In this document: positions 47,201 through 58,000 of the stretch, one piece after another
Position numbering within the stretch: position 1 is the stretch's first letter
Layout of the letters: each line of letters opens with the position of its first letter
Source of the DNA: Candidatus Woesearchaeota archaeon B3_Woes
GTDB taxonomy: Archaea; Nanobdellota; Nanobdellia; Woesearchaeales; B3-WOES
Length of the DNA: 64,000 nucleotides
Direction: 5' to 3'
NCBI GenBank assembly: GCA_005222965.1
Contig: NJBG01000001.1
Coordinates: forward strand, 435,061 to 499,060
Made by a program: the position numbers and the translations under genes
The notes under the pieces: model-generated
Seen by the model: the letters and a program-made list of their open reading frames with translations, nothing else
Database searches by the model: none
What the model was told of the DNA's origin: nothing

Positions 47201-47330
47201 TTATACCATTACTGATTTTTTACTATTTAAATCATTAGTTAACTAAGTTCATTTAATTATATTAACTAACTAATATAACTTACTTCTAGAATTAATAATA
47301 TATAAAAGTTGCTATTTCTTAAGAAAAAAA

Positions 47331-47909
47331 CTAAAAATTATCTATTTCAGAAGAAGTTAATTTAAGTGTTGAAAACAAAGCCAACAAATCATTAAAAGCC
47401 CTCATTTCATAAGGTTTTGAAGCAAAAGAACCAACAACAACTTTAGTTTTGTACTTTCTGCATAACTTAATATTAGATTCAATTCTGCCTAGCAAAACAT
47501 TCCTTTGTCTATCATCAGCATTTAACAAAGAACTAAAAGAAAAAGCAATTTTAATGTTGTTTTTGGCTGCTAAAGTACACATAATATGATTTAAACCAGA
47601 TCTTCTCTGATGAATAAAATCTTTCTTATTATCTAATTCAAAACCAAAGACAATCAAATCTTTGTTTTTCTCTATAACATTTCTGGTATTTTCTCTGCAT
47701 TTAACCAAAACAAAATCAGATAATTTGTTCTTAGGAACTTTCTTCTCATCAACCAAAACACCATATTTTATATCAAAACCAGAATATTTCTTTTTCTTTG
47801 AATTAAAATCTTTTAGAGAATAAACAAAACATAAAGAATTATAACCTAATTTACCAGCCATTTCAATAAATTCTTTTTCGTTCCCATCAGGAAAAACAAA
47901 ATCTATCAT
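47331..47909 (-). CDS. rnp3: RNase P protein component 3 (Rpp30/Rnp3)
   Basis: C-terminal half (NHIMCTLAAKNNIKIAFSFSSLLNADDRQRNVLLGRIESNIKLCRKYKTKVVVGSFASKPYEMRAFNDLLAL) aligns block-for-block with archaeal Rpp30 (…[69 protein letters not shown]). Confidence 0.65.
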   Translation of the reverse strand: MIDFVFPDGNEKEFIEMAGKLGYNSLCFVYSLKDFNSKKKKYSGFDIKYGVLVDEKKVPKNKLSDFVLVKCRENTRNVIEKNKDLIVFGFELDNKKDFIHQRRSGLNHIMCTLAAKNNIKIAFSFSSLLNADDRQRNVLLGRIESNIKLCRKYKTKVVVGSFASKPYEMRAFNDLLALFSTLKLTSSEIDNF

Positions 47910-47950
47910 AAGACTAACATAAATTAAGAATTATTTAAATATATTGAAAA

Positions 47951-48526
47951 TTAAACTATTTTTACTTTAATTGTATCAGAACTAATCTTCCCAGAAGGAT
48001 TCATCACTTCAAAATTTATAGTTTCCTGTAAAGAGCAGCCAGGCAAAAATACACTACGCAAAATTATTTTATCTTTATTTTCTCTAACGTTTATACAAAT
48101 CTGACCACTATGCTTCCATCTCATCTCACTATAGTCATATTTGCTGTCTCTAAAATATTTGTTCAGATCAATAATTGAATGCCCGTTCTTCTCTATTTTC
48201 AAAGGAGAAACCTTAGATAAGCTTAATTTTATATCTCCACTTGTTTTTGGAGAAAAAAACTCTTTATCGCCATCTTTAAAAAAACTAAAATATGCTAAAG
48301 AACCAAATACCAATAATAAAACAACACCAATTGTAACATCCTTAAGAATTATCTTTTCTATGCCCTTTGCTTCTTTTTTAGATTTAAAAACACCCGCTTT
48401 CTCAATTAACTCGTCTATAATCTCTTGTTGATAACCTGCTTCTGATAAAACCTTCTTTATTCTGCCAGCATCTGCGCCTTTAGAGGCTTGTTTTTTGATA
48501 TATTTGATTGTTTCTGAATAACCCAT
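47951..48526 (-). CDS. Hypothetical single-pass membrane protein
   Basis: TM IGVVLLLVFGSLAYFSFF. 191 aa. No recognised motif. Confidence 0.35.
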   Translation of the reverse strand: MGYSETIKYIKKQASKGADAGRIKKVLSEAGYQQEIIDELIEKAGVFKSKKEAKGIEKIILKDVTIGVVLLLVFGSLAYFSFFKDGDKEFFSPKTSGDIKLSLSKVSPLKIEKNGHSIIDLNKYFRDSKYDYSEMRWKHSGQICINVRENKDKIILRSVFLPGCSLQETINFEVMNPSGKISSDTIKVKIV

Positions 48527-48602
48527 ATTAGAATACTAATTAAACCCTTATTTTAATCTTTCTATTATTTAGTATCAGGCACAGATACCAAAGTTAAAAA
48601 AA

Positions 48603-49445
48603 CTAGTTTAGTTTTTTTATTATATGACATGAACCACACACACCAGAACTAGAGGGTTCTCCACACACTGTACAACTTAACAAACCAGTGTTTATATTGT
48701 GTTGTTTTTTTAGTTTGGGTGAAATTTCTAAAAAATTATCAACAATATTCTCTTTAACATCTCGACTATTAGGTAAACCATTTAATAAATCCCTGACTTT
48801 ATTACGATATGAATTAACAATACAAGGACACCTATCATACAAAACTTCAAACTTAAGAATCTGAGAATATTTTTTAATATCTTCTTCAAAACAAAAATAA
48901 AGTGGTTTAACACGGGGAGTAAATTTTTTATCTTTAACATTACCAGACACAGGACCTAAGCGAGATTGTAAAGACATTGTATTACGAAAGAAGTTCATTA
49001 AGATGGCTTGTGCTTCATCATCTAAATTGTGTCCTGTAACAATCTTATCAAATCCCAATTCTCGTGATTTTTTATTCAACATAGATCTTCTCAAAACACC
49101 GCAAATTGAACAAGAATTAACTTTAGGATCTTTTAACCTCAATATATGTTCAATATTACATTTGTTATAACCAAAATCTTCTCTAAAACTGGTCTCATGA
49201 AGTTTTATATTATGAACAGAACAAAATTTTCTTATATTTTCTAAATTTATTTTACTATAGTTGCCAATCTCCAAATCAACAATTAAACCTTCGACATTAT
49301 AACCAAACTTATTAAGCAAGTATAATGCGACTGTAGAGTCCTTACCACCAGAACACGCCACTAAAATTCTGTCTTTTTTACTGAATAATTTATTATCTTT
49401 AATTGTCTTTTTTACTCTATTCTCAAATTCAACAATAAATTTCAT
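48603..49445 (-). CDS. tRNA 2-thiolation PP-loop ATPase (TtuA/NcsA/Ctu1 family)
   Basis: PP-loop SGGKDS. CxxC pairs (CSICGVLRR; CPC; C-terminal CTVCGEPSSSGVCGSCH zinc/Fe-S ligands). Confidence 0.7.
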   Translation of the reverse strand: MKFIVEFENRVKKTIKDNKLFSKKDRILVACSGGKDSTVALYLLNKFGYNVEGLIVDLEIGNYSKINLENIRKFCSVHNIKLHETSFREDFGYNKCNIEHILRLKDPKVNSCSICGVLRRSMLNKKSRELGFDKIVTGHNLDDEAQAILMNFFRNTMSLQSRLGPVSGNVKDKKFTPRVKPLYFCFEEDIKKYSQILKFEVLYDRCPCIVNSYRNKVRDLLNGLPNSRDVKENIVDNFLEISPKLKKQHNINTGLLSCTVCGEPSSSGVCGSCHIIKKLN

Positions 49446-49466
49446 TATAAAAAGAACATTATTAAT

Positions 49467-49982
49467 TTATTTAAAATCTTCTAAAACTCTGTCTAAAATT
49501 GCTTTATCATTATCCCATGTTAATTTAGATCTAACAGAATCACCATCCGCCCACAAATAAGTGCTGTGTTCTTTATCATCTCCTTGTGGCATGTGTATAG
49601 GGATATTCATGTTTGATTCCACCAGGTAAATAGAATGAATATTTAATTTGTCTCCGACCCCCACAAACTCTTTTTTAAGGTTATCTAGTTTTTTTATAAT
49701 TTTGAATTTTTGCAGGCCTGTTTCTTCTATTATCTCTCTTTTAACAGCATCTTCTTCTGTCTCCCCTTTATTTATCCCTCCTTTAACAAACTCCCACCCT
49801 TCCCAATTTTTACTTCTTTTCAGGATTAAAAAATAAGGTGTATGCATCTTATCATAAACAACAGCTGTAACCGCTTTTCTTATTTCCCTATTGTCTTGAG
49901 TAGTTTCTTCCATCTTCAATATCCTTAAACTTATTTTTTTAAGGTCTTTTATAAAGCTTTCTTTTAGGAATAACATAACCAA
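49467..49982 (-). CDS. Nudix hydrolase
   Basis: Nudix box GGINKGETEEDAVKREIIEETGL (G-x5-E-x7-REuxEExGu). The real start may be an internal Met. Confidence 0.7.
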   Translation of the reverse strand: MVMLFLKESFIKDLKKISLRILKMEETTQDNREIRKAVTAVVYDKMHTPYFLILKRSKNWEGWEFVKGGINKGETEEDAVKREIIEETGLQKFKIIKKLDNLKKEFVGVGDKLNIHSIYLVESNMNIPIHMPQGDDKEHSTYLWADGDSVRSKLTWDNDKAILDRVLEDFK

Positions 49983-50130
49983 ATGAAAGTATTTAAATAC
50001 TTTTCGTCATTTATAAACTTTATAAATAAAAAGACTTATAAAAAACCAAATAACTCTTAAAACAACACACAAATCATATTTATTGACTAAACTTAAAATA
50101 TTAATTAAATAAACGGGGGTTAATAATAAA

Positions 50131-50757
50131 ATGGTAAAGAAAAAAACAACTAAATCTGTGAAGAAAACTAAAAAAGCACCAAATAAACAAAAAAAAGATA
50201 ATAAAGACGTAAAAAAAGAAATAGAGATTGTTAATATCGTTGTAAGTACTTCTCTAGAACATGATATCCCTTTAGAAAAGATGGCGGCAACCCTGCCAAA
50301 TACAGAATATAATCCAGAGCAGTTTCCCGGGTTAGTTATAAGAATAAAAGATCCAAAAACCTCTGCATTAATATTTAGCTCTGGAAAGGTTGTTTGTACA
50401 GGGGCAAGAACAATACCAGATGTGCATGCTTCCTTAAAGAAAATTGTAAAAGCCTTAGAAAAGATTAAAATAAAGATTAAAATAACACCAGAAATAACAA
50501 TACAAAATATTGTTGCGTCTGGTTCAATAGGAATGGTATTAAATCTAAATGTATTGGCTATGAGGCTTAATAATGTGGAATATGAACCAGAACAATTTCC
50601 TGGGTTAGTTTACAAATTAATGAGCCAAGAAATAAAAGCAACTTTCTTGTTATTTAGCAACGGAAAGATTGTTTGTACAGGAACCAAATCAGAAGAAGAA
50701 GTTCATAAGGCTTTAGATAAATTAATTGTAAATCTGAAAAAAGTAAAAACCAGATAA
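50131..50757 (+). CDS. tbp: TATA-box binding protein with a Lys-rich N-terminal extension
   Basis: Two TBP repeats (IVNIVVSTSLEHDIPLEKMA…EQFPGLVIRIKDPKTSALIFSSGKVVCTGA and IQNIVASGSIGMVLNLNVLA…EQFPGLVYKLMSQEIKATFLLFSNGKIVCTG). N-terminus MVKKKTTKSVKKTKKAPNKQKKDNKDVKK. Confidence 0.9.
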   Translation: MVKKKTTKSVKKTKKAPNKQKKDNKDVKKEIEIVNIVVSTSLEHDIPLEKMAATLPNTEYNPEQFPGLVIRIKDPKTSALIFSSGKVVCTGARTIPDVHASLKKIVKALEKIKIKIKITPEITIQNIVASGSIGMVLNLNVLAMRLNNVEYEPEQFPGLVYKLMSQEIKATFLLFSNGKIVCTGTKSEEEVHKALDKLIVNLKKVKTR

Positions 50758-50774
50758 ATTAAATTTATTAAGTA

Positions 50775-52811
50775 GTGTGGGGGCAATTGATGAATGTAGA
50801 AGAACAAGTTAAAAGATTTCAGAATTTTCTAGAAAAGAATTATAAAGCCCAGTTAGCTGAGAAAACAAGAAAAGGCGAAAGATATCTAGAAATTGATTTT
50901 TCTCTTCTGACAAAATTTGATCCTGAAATAGCAGAATTAATTTTAGAAGACCCAGAAGATCTAATAAAAGCCTTTGAACTCGGTGTTGAACAATTTGACA
51001 TCAACAAAGAAGCAAAGAGTATAAAAATCAGATTAACAAACATCCCAGAATCACAAAGAATCAATATTAATGAAATAAGGAGTAAACATTTAAACAAACT
51101 TTTCTTAATTGAAGGAGTAGTACGGCAAAAATCAGATGTACGCCCGCAAGTAACTTCAGCAAAATTCGAATGCCCCCAATGCGGAAACATAATTTCTGTT
51201 TTGCAATTAGACAGTGTATTTAAAGAGCCCACAAAATGTGGTTGTGGTAGAAAAGGGAAATTCAGATTGATTAGTAAAGAATTAGTAGATGCACAAGGCC
51301 TAACACTAGAAGAACCCCCAGAAAGCCTAGAAGGCCAAGGACAACCAAAAAGAATGAATGTTCTTCTTAAAAATGATTTAGTAAGTCCAATATCTGAAAG
51401 AAAAAGTGCTCCTGGTTCAAAAGTTAGGGTTATTGGTTCTATTAAAGAGGTGCCAATTACATCAAAAAGCGGAGGGAAATTAACAAGATTTGATTTATTG
51501 ATAGAAGCGAATAATGTTGAAGCATCTGAAGAAAGTTTCTATGATTTTCAGATATCAAAAGAAGACGAAGAAGAAATAAAAGAGCTTTCTAAAGACCCCG
51601 AACTTTATAAAAAATTAGTTGATTCGATAGCCCCTTCTATATTTGGTTATGATACAATAAAAGAATCATTACTATTGCAGTTAATGGGTGGGGTTAGAAA
51701 AGTTCGAAAAGATAAAATTGTTAGTAGAGGGGATGTACATATACTTTTAGTAGGAGACCCGGGAGCTGGAAAATCTGCTCTTGTAAGAAGAATACACGAC
51801 GTCTCTCCTAAAGGAATCTATGTTGCAGGCAGAGGGGCGAGCGCAGCAGGACTAACAGCATCTGTTGTTAAAGATGAGTTTTTAAGAGGTTTTGCAGTAG
51901 AAGCAGGAGCAATGGTGTTGAGTTCTGGAGGAATTTGTTGTATAGATGAAATGGATAAAATTTCAGAGGACGATAGAGCAGCAATGCATGAAGCAATGGA
52001 AAATCAAACAGTTAGTATTTCAAAAGCAAATATTCAAGCCACTTTAATAGCCAGAACAACCGTCTTGGCGGCTGCTAATCCTAAATTTGGAAGATTTGAC
52101 CCTTATGAAATTGTGGCCAAACAAATAGATATGCCCCCCACATTAATAAACAGGTTTGATCTAATATTCCCAATCAAAGATTTACCAGAAGAAATAAAAG
52201 ACAATAAACTAGCAACACACATGCTCAGATTACATCAAGACCCCCAGGCAATAGAAGAAAAAATTCCTACTCCTATGCTTAAAAAATATATTGCTTATGC
52301 ACGACAGAAAGTAAGCCCGAAATTAACAGATTCTGCTTTAAATGAAATCAGAGAGTATTATGTAAAGATGAGGATGATGGGTTCTTCGGACGAATCTTCA
52401 ATAAAAGCTGTTCCAATTTCACCAAGACAATTAGAAGCATTAGTAAGAATGGCAGAAGCAGCGGCAAGAGCGAGACTAGCTGATAAAGTGGTCAAAAAAG
52501 ATGCAATAAGGGCCATAAGTTTATTGGAATACTGCTTAAATCAGGTTGGGTTTGATAAAGAAACCGGAAAGATTGATATTGATAGAATAACAACAGGAGT
52601 AAGTGCTTCTCAAAGAAGCCACATATCCATAGTAAAAGAAATAATTAATGATTTAGAAAACAAAATTGGAAAAACCATTCCAATAGAAGATATAACAGAA
52701 GAAGCTGGTAACAAGGGTGTTGATTCTGATAAAGTTGATGAAATAATTGAAAGGTTAAAAAGAGCAGGAGATATTTTCGAACCAAGACATGGTTTTATAA
52801 GTAGAATTTGA
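50775..52811 (+). CDS. mcm: MCM replicative helicase
   Basis: C4 Zn finger CPQCGN…CGCG. Walker A GDPGAGKS. Walker B CCIDEMDK. Arginine finger and winged-helix C-terminus. 678 aa. Confidence 0.9.
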   Translation: MWGQLMNVEEQVKRFQNFLEKNYKAQLAEKTRKGERYLEIDFSLLTKFDPEIAELILEDPEDLIKAFELGVEQFDINKEAKSIKIRLTNIPESQRININEIRSKHLNKLFLIEGVVRQKSDVRPQVTSAKFECPQCGNIISVLQLDSVFKEPTKCGCGRKGKFRLISKELVDAQGLTLEEPPESLEGQGQPKRMNVLLKNDLVSPISERKSAPGSKVRVIGSIKEVPITSKSGGKLTRFDLLIEANNVEASEESFYDFQISKEDEEEIKELSKDPELYKKLVDSIAPSIFGYDTIKESLLLQLMGGVRKVRKDKIVSRGDVHILLVGDPGAGKSALVRRIHDVSPKGIYVAGRGASAAGLTASVVKDEFLRGFAVEAGAMVLSSGGICCIDEMDKISEDDRAAMHEAMENQTVSISKANIQATLIARTTVLAAANPKFGRFDPYEIVAKQIDMPPTLINRFDLIFPIKDLPEEIKDNKLATHMLRLHQDPQAIEEKIPTPMLKKYIAYARQKVSPKLTDSALNEIREYYVKMRMMGSSDESSIKAVPISPRQLEALVRMAEAAARARLADKVVKKDAIRAISLLEYCLNQVGFDKETGKIDIDRITTGVSASQRSHISIVKEIINDLENKIGKTIPIEDITEEAGNKGVDSDKVDEIIERLKRAGDIFEPRHGFISRI

Positions 52812-53479
52812 GAGAAAAAAGTACCATGAATGGGAATACTCAATCACAAAAAAGAAATGTAGCATATAAAGTAATGGTTAAAGATATTCTTAAAAGCAAC
52901 TATGTTAAAGTAGAAGGATGGACCCCGAATTACCTTGTCTTGGGGGATGGAAAACAAATTTCAAGAGTTAATCTCATTGGAACAATAATTGACAAGCCTT
53001 TAACAGAAAACCCAGGATACCAAAACATAGTTATTGATGATGGTTCTGGGAACATTGGTATTAGAACTTTCGAAGAAAAAGGCATTCTTAATAATTTTAA
53101 TATTGGCGATTCTATTTTAATAATTGGGCGGCCGCGTGAATTTGGAAAAGAAAAGTATGTTATCCCAGAAATAATTAAGAAAATAGAAAACAAAAGATGG
53201 ATAGAATTAAGAAAATTAGAAATGGGAGTGTCTTTTTCTAAAGAACAAAAAAAGGAACAACCCTCAAAAGTCGATGTTTATGATTTGGAAGAAGATATAG
53301 TTGTAGAAGACAGCAATCTTTTTGCATTAATAAAAAAACTAGACAAAGGGGAAGGGGCAGATTTTAATGAAATTGTAGAAAAATCCAATAACCAAGAAGC
53401 AGAAAAAATAATTAACAATATGATAAAACAAGGAGAGTTATTTGAGATCAACCCAGGAAAAATTAAAATTTTAGAATAA
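52808..53479 (+). CDS. RPA32/Stn1-like OB-fold protein with C-terminal winged helix (putative ssDNA-binding subunit)
   Basis: ISRVNLIGTIIDK…IVIDDGSGNIGIRTFEE resembles the RPA32 OB core (DDxTG). C-terminal wH-like LFALIKKLDKGEGADFNEIVEK. Start overlaps the MCM stop by 4 nt. Confidence 0.4.
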   Translation: MREKSTMNGNTQSQKRNVAYKVMVKDILKSNYVKVEGWTPNYLVLGDGKQISRVNLIGTIIDKPLTENPGYQNIVIDDGSGNIGIRTFEEKGILNNFNIGDSILIIGRPREFGKEKYVIPEIIKKIENKRWIELRKLEMGVSFSKEQKKEQPSKVDVYDLEEDIVVEDSNLFALIKKLDKGEGADFNEIVEKSNNQEAEKIINNMIKQGELFEINPGKIKILE

Positions 53480-54295
53480 AATTGGTGTAATAAATACTTC
53501 TACAAGTGCCGCAACAAACAACAACAGTATTGCTATTAAAATCATATCAAACGAATTTACCAGAACTTTTCTAAATTGTTTTGTTCCTCCTTCGTGTTTG
53601 ATTACAGCAATAGAAATTATTCCTCCTGCCAAACCAGCAGCAAAATAAGCGCTTATTTCAAACACACCGTGTGTCATATACCTCAAAACAGCCAAGGGGA
53701 AGACGGAAAAATAATTAGTTATTTTTGCTATATTTGTTTTTATTAAGTTTCCTATCGCAACCCCAATCACAGAAGCATTCCATGTTAAGATAAAGATGGC
53801 TCCTGCTCCATAAAAAAAAGCAAACAGCAAACAAAACATGAGAACTTTCATGTTATTTGAAAAAATCCTTAAAAACAAATTAAAAGACCCTATTGCTTTC
53901 CCAGTCAGGGGATTATTTATTTTCTCAATAGTATCTGTTTGGATATTAAACAAAGTTTGATGTATTGAAGAAGGAAATACAACATACCAAACAGCAACCG
54001 ACAACATTATTCCTAAAAATAAAAAGATTAAAAAGATTAAAACTTTAGAATGTTCCTTCATAAGGACAAATTCTTTTTTTATTTTGAGGTCTATCTCTTC
54101 TTCTATTTTAATTGTTTTATAGATAAAAGGCACACAGGCCATAACAGTCAAGAAAACCATAACAAGACTTGCGTATTCTTCAAATACCCATAAAGAAAGA
54201 AATATTGCAATTGAATTATACAAAAAACCTACAAAAAACATTTCCCAAGGGTGTTTTTTAGCAGTAAAAGGGTTTATTAGGCTCTCTAATACCAT
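53471..54295 (-). CDS. Polytopic membrane protein (SpoIIM/DUF95-like)
   Basis: About 6 TM helices with a pattern like archaeal 'stage II sporulation protein M' homologs. No catalytic motif. Confidence 0.3.
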   Translation of the reverse strand: MVLESLINPFTAKKHPWEMFFVGFLYNSIAIFLSLWVFEEYASLVMVFLTVMACVPFIYKTIKIEEEIDLKIKKEFVLMKEHSKVLIFLIFLFLGIMLSVAVWYVVFPSSIHQTLFNIQTDTIEKINNPLTGKAIGSFNLFLRIFSNNMKVLMFCLLFAFFYGAGAIFILTWNASVIGVAIGNLIKTNIAKITNYFSVFPLAVLRYMTHGVFEISAYFAAGLAGGIISIAVIKHEGGTKQFRKVLVNSFDMILIAILLLFVAALVEVFITPILF

Positions 54296-54383
54296 ATTAT
54301 ATTTCTACTAATTGTAGTTTATATAATTTTTGTTTCGAGATTTAGAAATATTTATAAAACCATTTATATTAATTTCTATCCTT

Positions 54384-54794
54384 ATGGATTATCAAAAACT
54401 ATTGGAAAAGGCAAAAAAAGAAATGCCGGAATCTGTTCATGAAAAAGAGAGGTTTGAAATACCTCCTGTAAAAGGACACATCCAAGGCACAAAAACAATA
54501 ATTGTTAATCTGCAACAAATATCTCAACACTTGCATAGACCAATAGAACACGTCTTAAAATATTTATTAAAGGAATTGGCTACTCCTGGCGAAATTAAAA
54601 AAAATGATTCTGTAATCTTTGGGAGAAAGATATCTTCCTCTGATTTTAATAATAAAATAAAACAATATGCTGATGATTTTGTTTTTTGTAAAGAATGTGG
54701 AAAACCAGACACTGAATTTTTAAAAGAAAACAACTTAATGTTTGTAAAATGTATGGTTTGTGGAGCAAAGAACCCTATAAAATTTAAAATTTAA
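54384..54794 (+). CDS. eif2b: Translation initiation factor 2 subunit beta (aIF2-beta)
   Basis: Start re-assigned to the internal Met (MDYQKLLEKAKKEMPE). eIF2beta/eIF5 core (IQGTKTIIVNLQQISQHLHRPIEHVLKYLLKELAT). C4 zinc ribbon CKECGKPDTEF…CMVCGAKNPI. Confidence 0.75.
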   Translation: MDYQKLLEKAKKEMPESVHEKERFEIPPVKGHIQGTKTIIVNLQQISQHLHRPIEHVLKYLLKELATPGEIKKNDSVIFGRKISSSDFNNKIKQYADDFVFCKECGKPDTEFLKENNLMFVKCMVCGAKNPIKFKI

Positions 54795-54795
54795 A

Positions 54796-55095
54796 ATGAT
54801 AGTAAAAACCCACCAAACAGAAGACAAAAGAATTCTTCTAGTGGTTTGTGATAATGAAATTCTTGGAAAGAAATTTGAAGAGGGGAACAAGCAACTAGAT
54901 CTTACATCTGATTTTTATAAAGGCATAGAAAAAACAGAGTTGGAAGTTTGTGATTTGATGAGAAATTGTGATATGATTAATTTAGTTGGAGAAAAGGTAA
55001 TAAATCTTGCTATAAAAGAAGGAGTTATTGATTCAGAACATGTAAAAAAAATCTCAGATATCCCTTATGCTCAGGTCGTTATACAAGGACTCTAA
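54796..55095 (+). CDS. Small conserved archaeal protein (DUF424-like?)
   Basis: 99 aa, immediately after aIF2-beta with a 1-nt gap. No motif. Assigned by context and size only. Confidence 0.25.
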   Translation: MIVKTHQTEDKRILLVVCDNEILGKKFEEGNKQLDLTSDFYKGIEKTELEVCDLMRNCDMINLVGEKVINLAIKEGVIDSEHVKKISDIPYAQVVIQGL

Positions 55096-58000
55096 CCAAA
55101 CCATTTGCCTAATCCTTCTTGTTTCTCTTTTTCCTTACCAAACATACCTTCTATCCTTCTTTGTAATAAAGTTAAACTCTGTTTTAAATAAACAGGAACA
55201 TTATATTTTTCAGCTAAACTAATAGAGGGTTCTAAATATTTTATAACGCTTCCTTTTGATATTGTAAAAATAATTTTTCCCCCGCATTTTGAACATTTTC
55301 CAATCAAAGGGGGCCTCCTAAACTTTTCATTGCATTTAACACATCTAAATTTCTGCATTGAAAACTTCCTCAAATTTCCTTTAGTATCTTTAATAAAATG
55401 CTTTTCGATTACTAGTCTTGCTTCATCAGATTCATCTACTGCAATTATCTTTTCGCCTAAATCCATTTGGCCTTTCAATTTATCTTCCATTGAGGGGATT
55501 GTTTTGTAAGCAGAACAAACTACCCCATCATTTATATTTGAAGTATCGTGAGTAAATCCAACATCACCATAACTTATATCATTTTGTATGTTTTTTATAA
55601 GTTGTTTGACTTCAACATCCCATGGTTGTTTATATTCTAAACATGCTTCATAAAAATCAAGAGGATACGTCCATGCGATATCTAAATCAAAAACCATATC
55701 ATCAACTTCTGTTGGAATTAATTTAGACGTTAAAACCAAAGGGGCGTCTTGTGATGATCCCCGATGTGAAGGTAAGTAAGATCTTGAAAAATTAATTAAA
55801 GCATCCATTAATAAAATTATACTTGCCTCATCCCCATCACAATCTCTCCGTGTTGCTGCATGTATCAAAGGATGGGCAAAAAAACCTTGCGTCTTTGAAA
55901 ATCCAATTATCCTTGTGAGTATGGCAGCAGAAGTGTGTGGTGCCAATGCCAAAGCAAGATGCCCAATTAAATTTTTTTTTTTATTAAAATTATAAAAAGA
56001 TTTTAAACCATACATTCTCTCGAGAGCATCATCAATAAAATTTGCTACATTAAACAAAATTTCATCTGCTCCTTTGTCTGGTGATTCAGGGCAAGCAGGT
56101 AAAATAATATCTTGGGGTTTTAGCTCTATTGTTTGTTCATCGTTGGTTAATTCGCTGCCTTTAGTGTCTTTTGTATAACTTAATTCTTTTAGTTTTTCAA
56201 TGCTTGTTCCAATCTCTTTTGGTTTAAAATGAGTTATGGGCATCTGGGTCATATCATATCTTGTTGTTCCGTCTTTATTAACATAAATATTATGTTTTGC
56301 TCTTAAAATTCCTTTCATTAAATTTTCAGGAGTATGATCTTTATTAGAAGTTCCTCTAACGCCTTTTATCAAATCAGGATAGTTTTTCATTTTTAATTTC
56401 TTTAAAGATTTGTTAAAGTAATCTTTTATATCAAAATCTTTAGTTACAAAAGGCATGTTTTTTCCGTGTTGGCATTCTTCTTTAGAAGTAACTCCGCATA
56501 TTTTACAATGATACATTTGTTTTGTTGGTTTTCCACAATCTAAACAAACCTTAGATATTGTTTCTTTATTGCATTTAGAACAAACAAATATAGGAAAATC
56601 TGCACGAATGGTCCCTACATCCAAAGCAGACTGAAAACACCGAAGACGCCCGCCTTCTTCTCCTACCGGAAACAAAACTTGAGGGCTCCCTGTTAATTCT
56701 CTTATCTTTGCTTTTTCTGGGCGCCCCATTCTCGCCCCAATAAACAAACCAGATTTGTCCCTTATTTTGACTTTTGAAATAATATTAATAATCTCTAAGA
56801 TTGGTTTGTCTTTGTTTTGATTTATCTTTTGTTTAATCTCTTTGATATCTTCTTTTGAAATTATACCTAAACTAATCATAAATGGTTTAGCGTGGTTTTT
56901 CTCAATAACAATAAATTCTTTATTGATAAATAAATGAGGCAACCCTATTTTTTCTAATGTCTCTTTTCCTTTTTCGTCTGATTTTAATATTATTTTCTCT
57001 ATGTTATTCCCATCTGCCACAATATCTGAAGACTCTATCAAATCCAACAAATATAATAAATCCTCAGCAGATATAGAATCAAAATGGAGTGTAAAAAAAG
57101 GGTGTAAAGGAATCTGCAGTTTTTCTGATATAGATATTGCAGCACCAGGTGATATTTTTGTTGTTAGGGGGTTTTTTAATAAAACAGAAAGAGCGTCTTT
57201 AGGTATATTGATTAACTCAGATAATTTATCTAAATTAAGACTCCCGAACATATTAACTGTCGCTTTTTCAAGTTCTTGAACCCACCACTCTTCACAATAG
57301 CCAGGGGGAGCTAAAACATGGGCCCTATTAAAAAAATCCCCATAACTAATTAGAATGTCTCCTAAAAACAAGATCTTCTTTATTTTGTCTTTAACTTCTT
57401 TTAATTGTTGTTTGTTCTCTATTCTCAAAACGCTTCCGTCTTCTACCTTTACAATTGGCCCTTCTATAGTATCACAAGGAGAAACAGTACATCCCTTGCC
57501 TGGCCTTTCTACTTTTAATTGGGTTCCCGTAGCAATATAGTCATTCATTACGCCCATTGTGAGGGGATTTATATTACATGCAGAATAACCAGATGTTCTT
57601 GATCTCCCATACCTCATCCTCAGGCCCCCTTTCCTCATAGGGTATGTTAAGATAGGTCTTCCTGCTGGAAGGTCTTTTATAAAAGTGAAGTCTGGGTTTA
57701 TTTTGGTTTCTTCTTTTGTTTCTCCTTTTGATTTTATTCTTTTTTGTAATTTAACAAAATCATTTAGAAAATTCCATTGTTCTAAATCAAACTCTTTTCC
57801 CCATTTAGAAAGTTGTTTCCATAGTTTTGGTGCCTTTTGTGCTATCCCTTCTCCTATTACCAAACACACCCCGTTTCTTATTCGATTTGTTTCAACTCTA
57901 TTCAAATCTTTATAATTTGATACTTCTATTTTTTCAGAAGGGTCTCCTGCAATCTGAACAGGAATATGTTGTGTTAAAAATTTTATCTCCTCTTCAGAAG

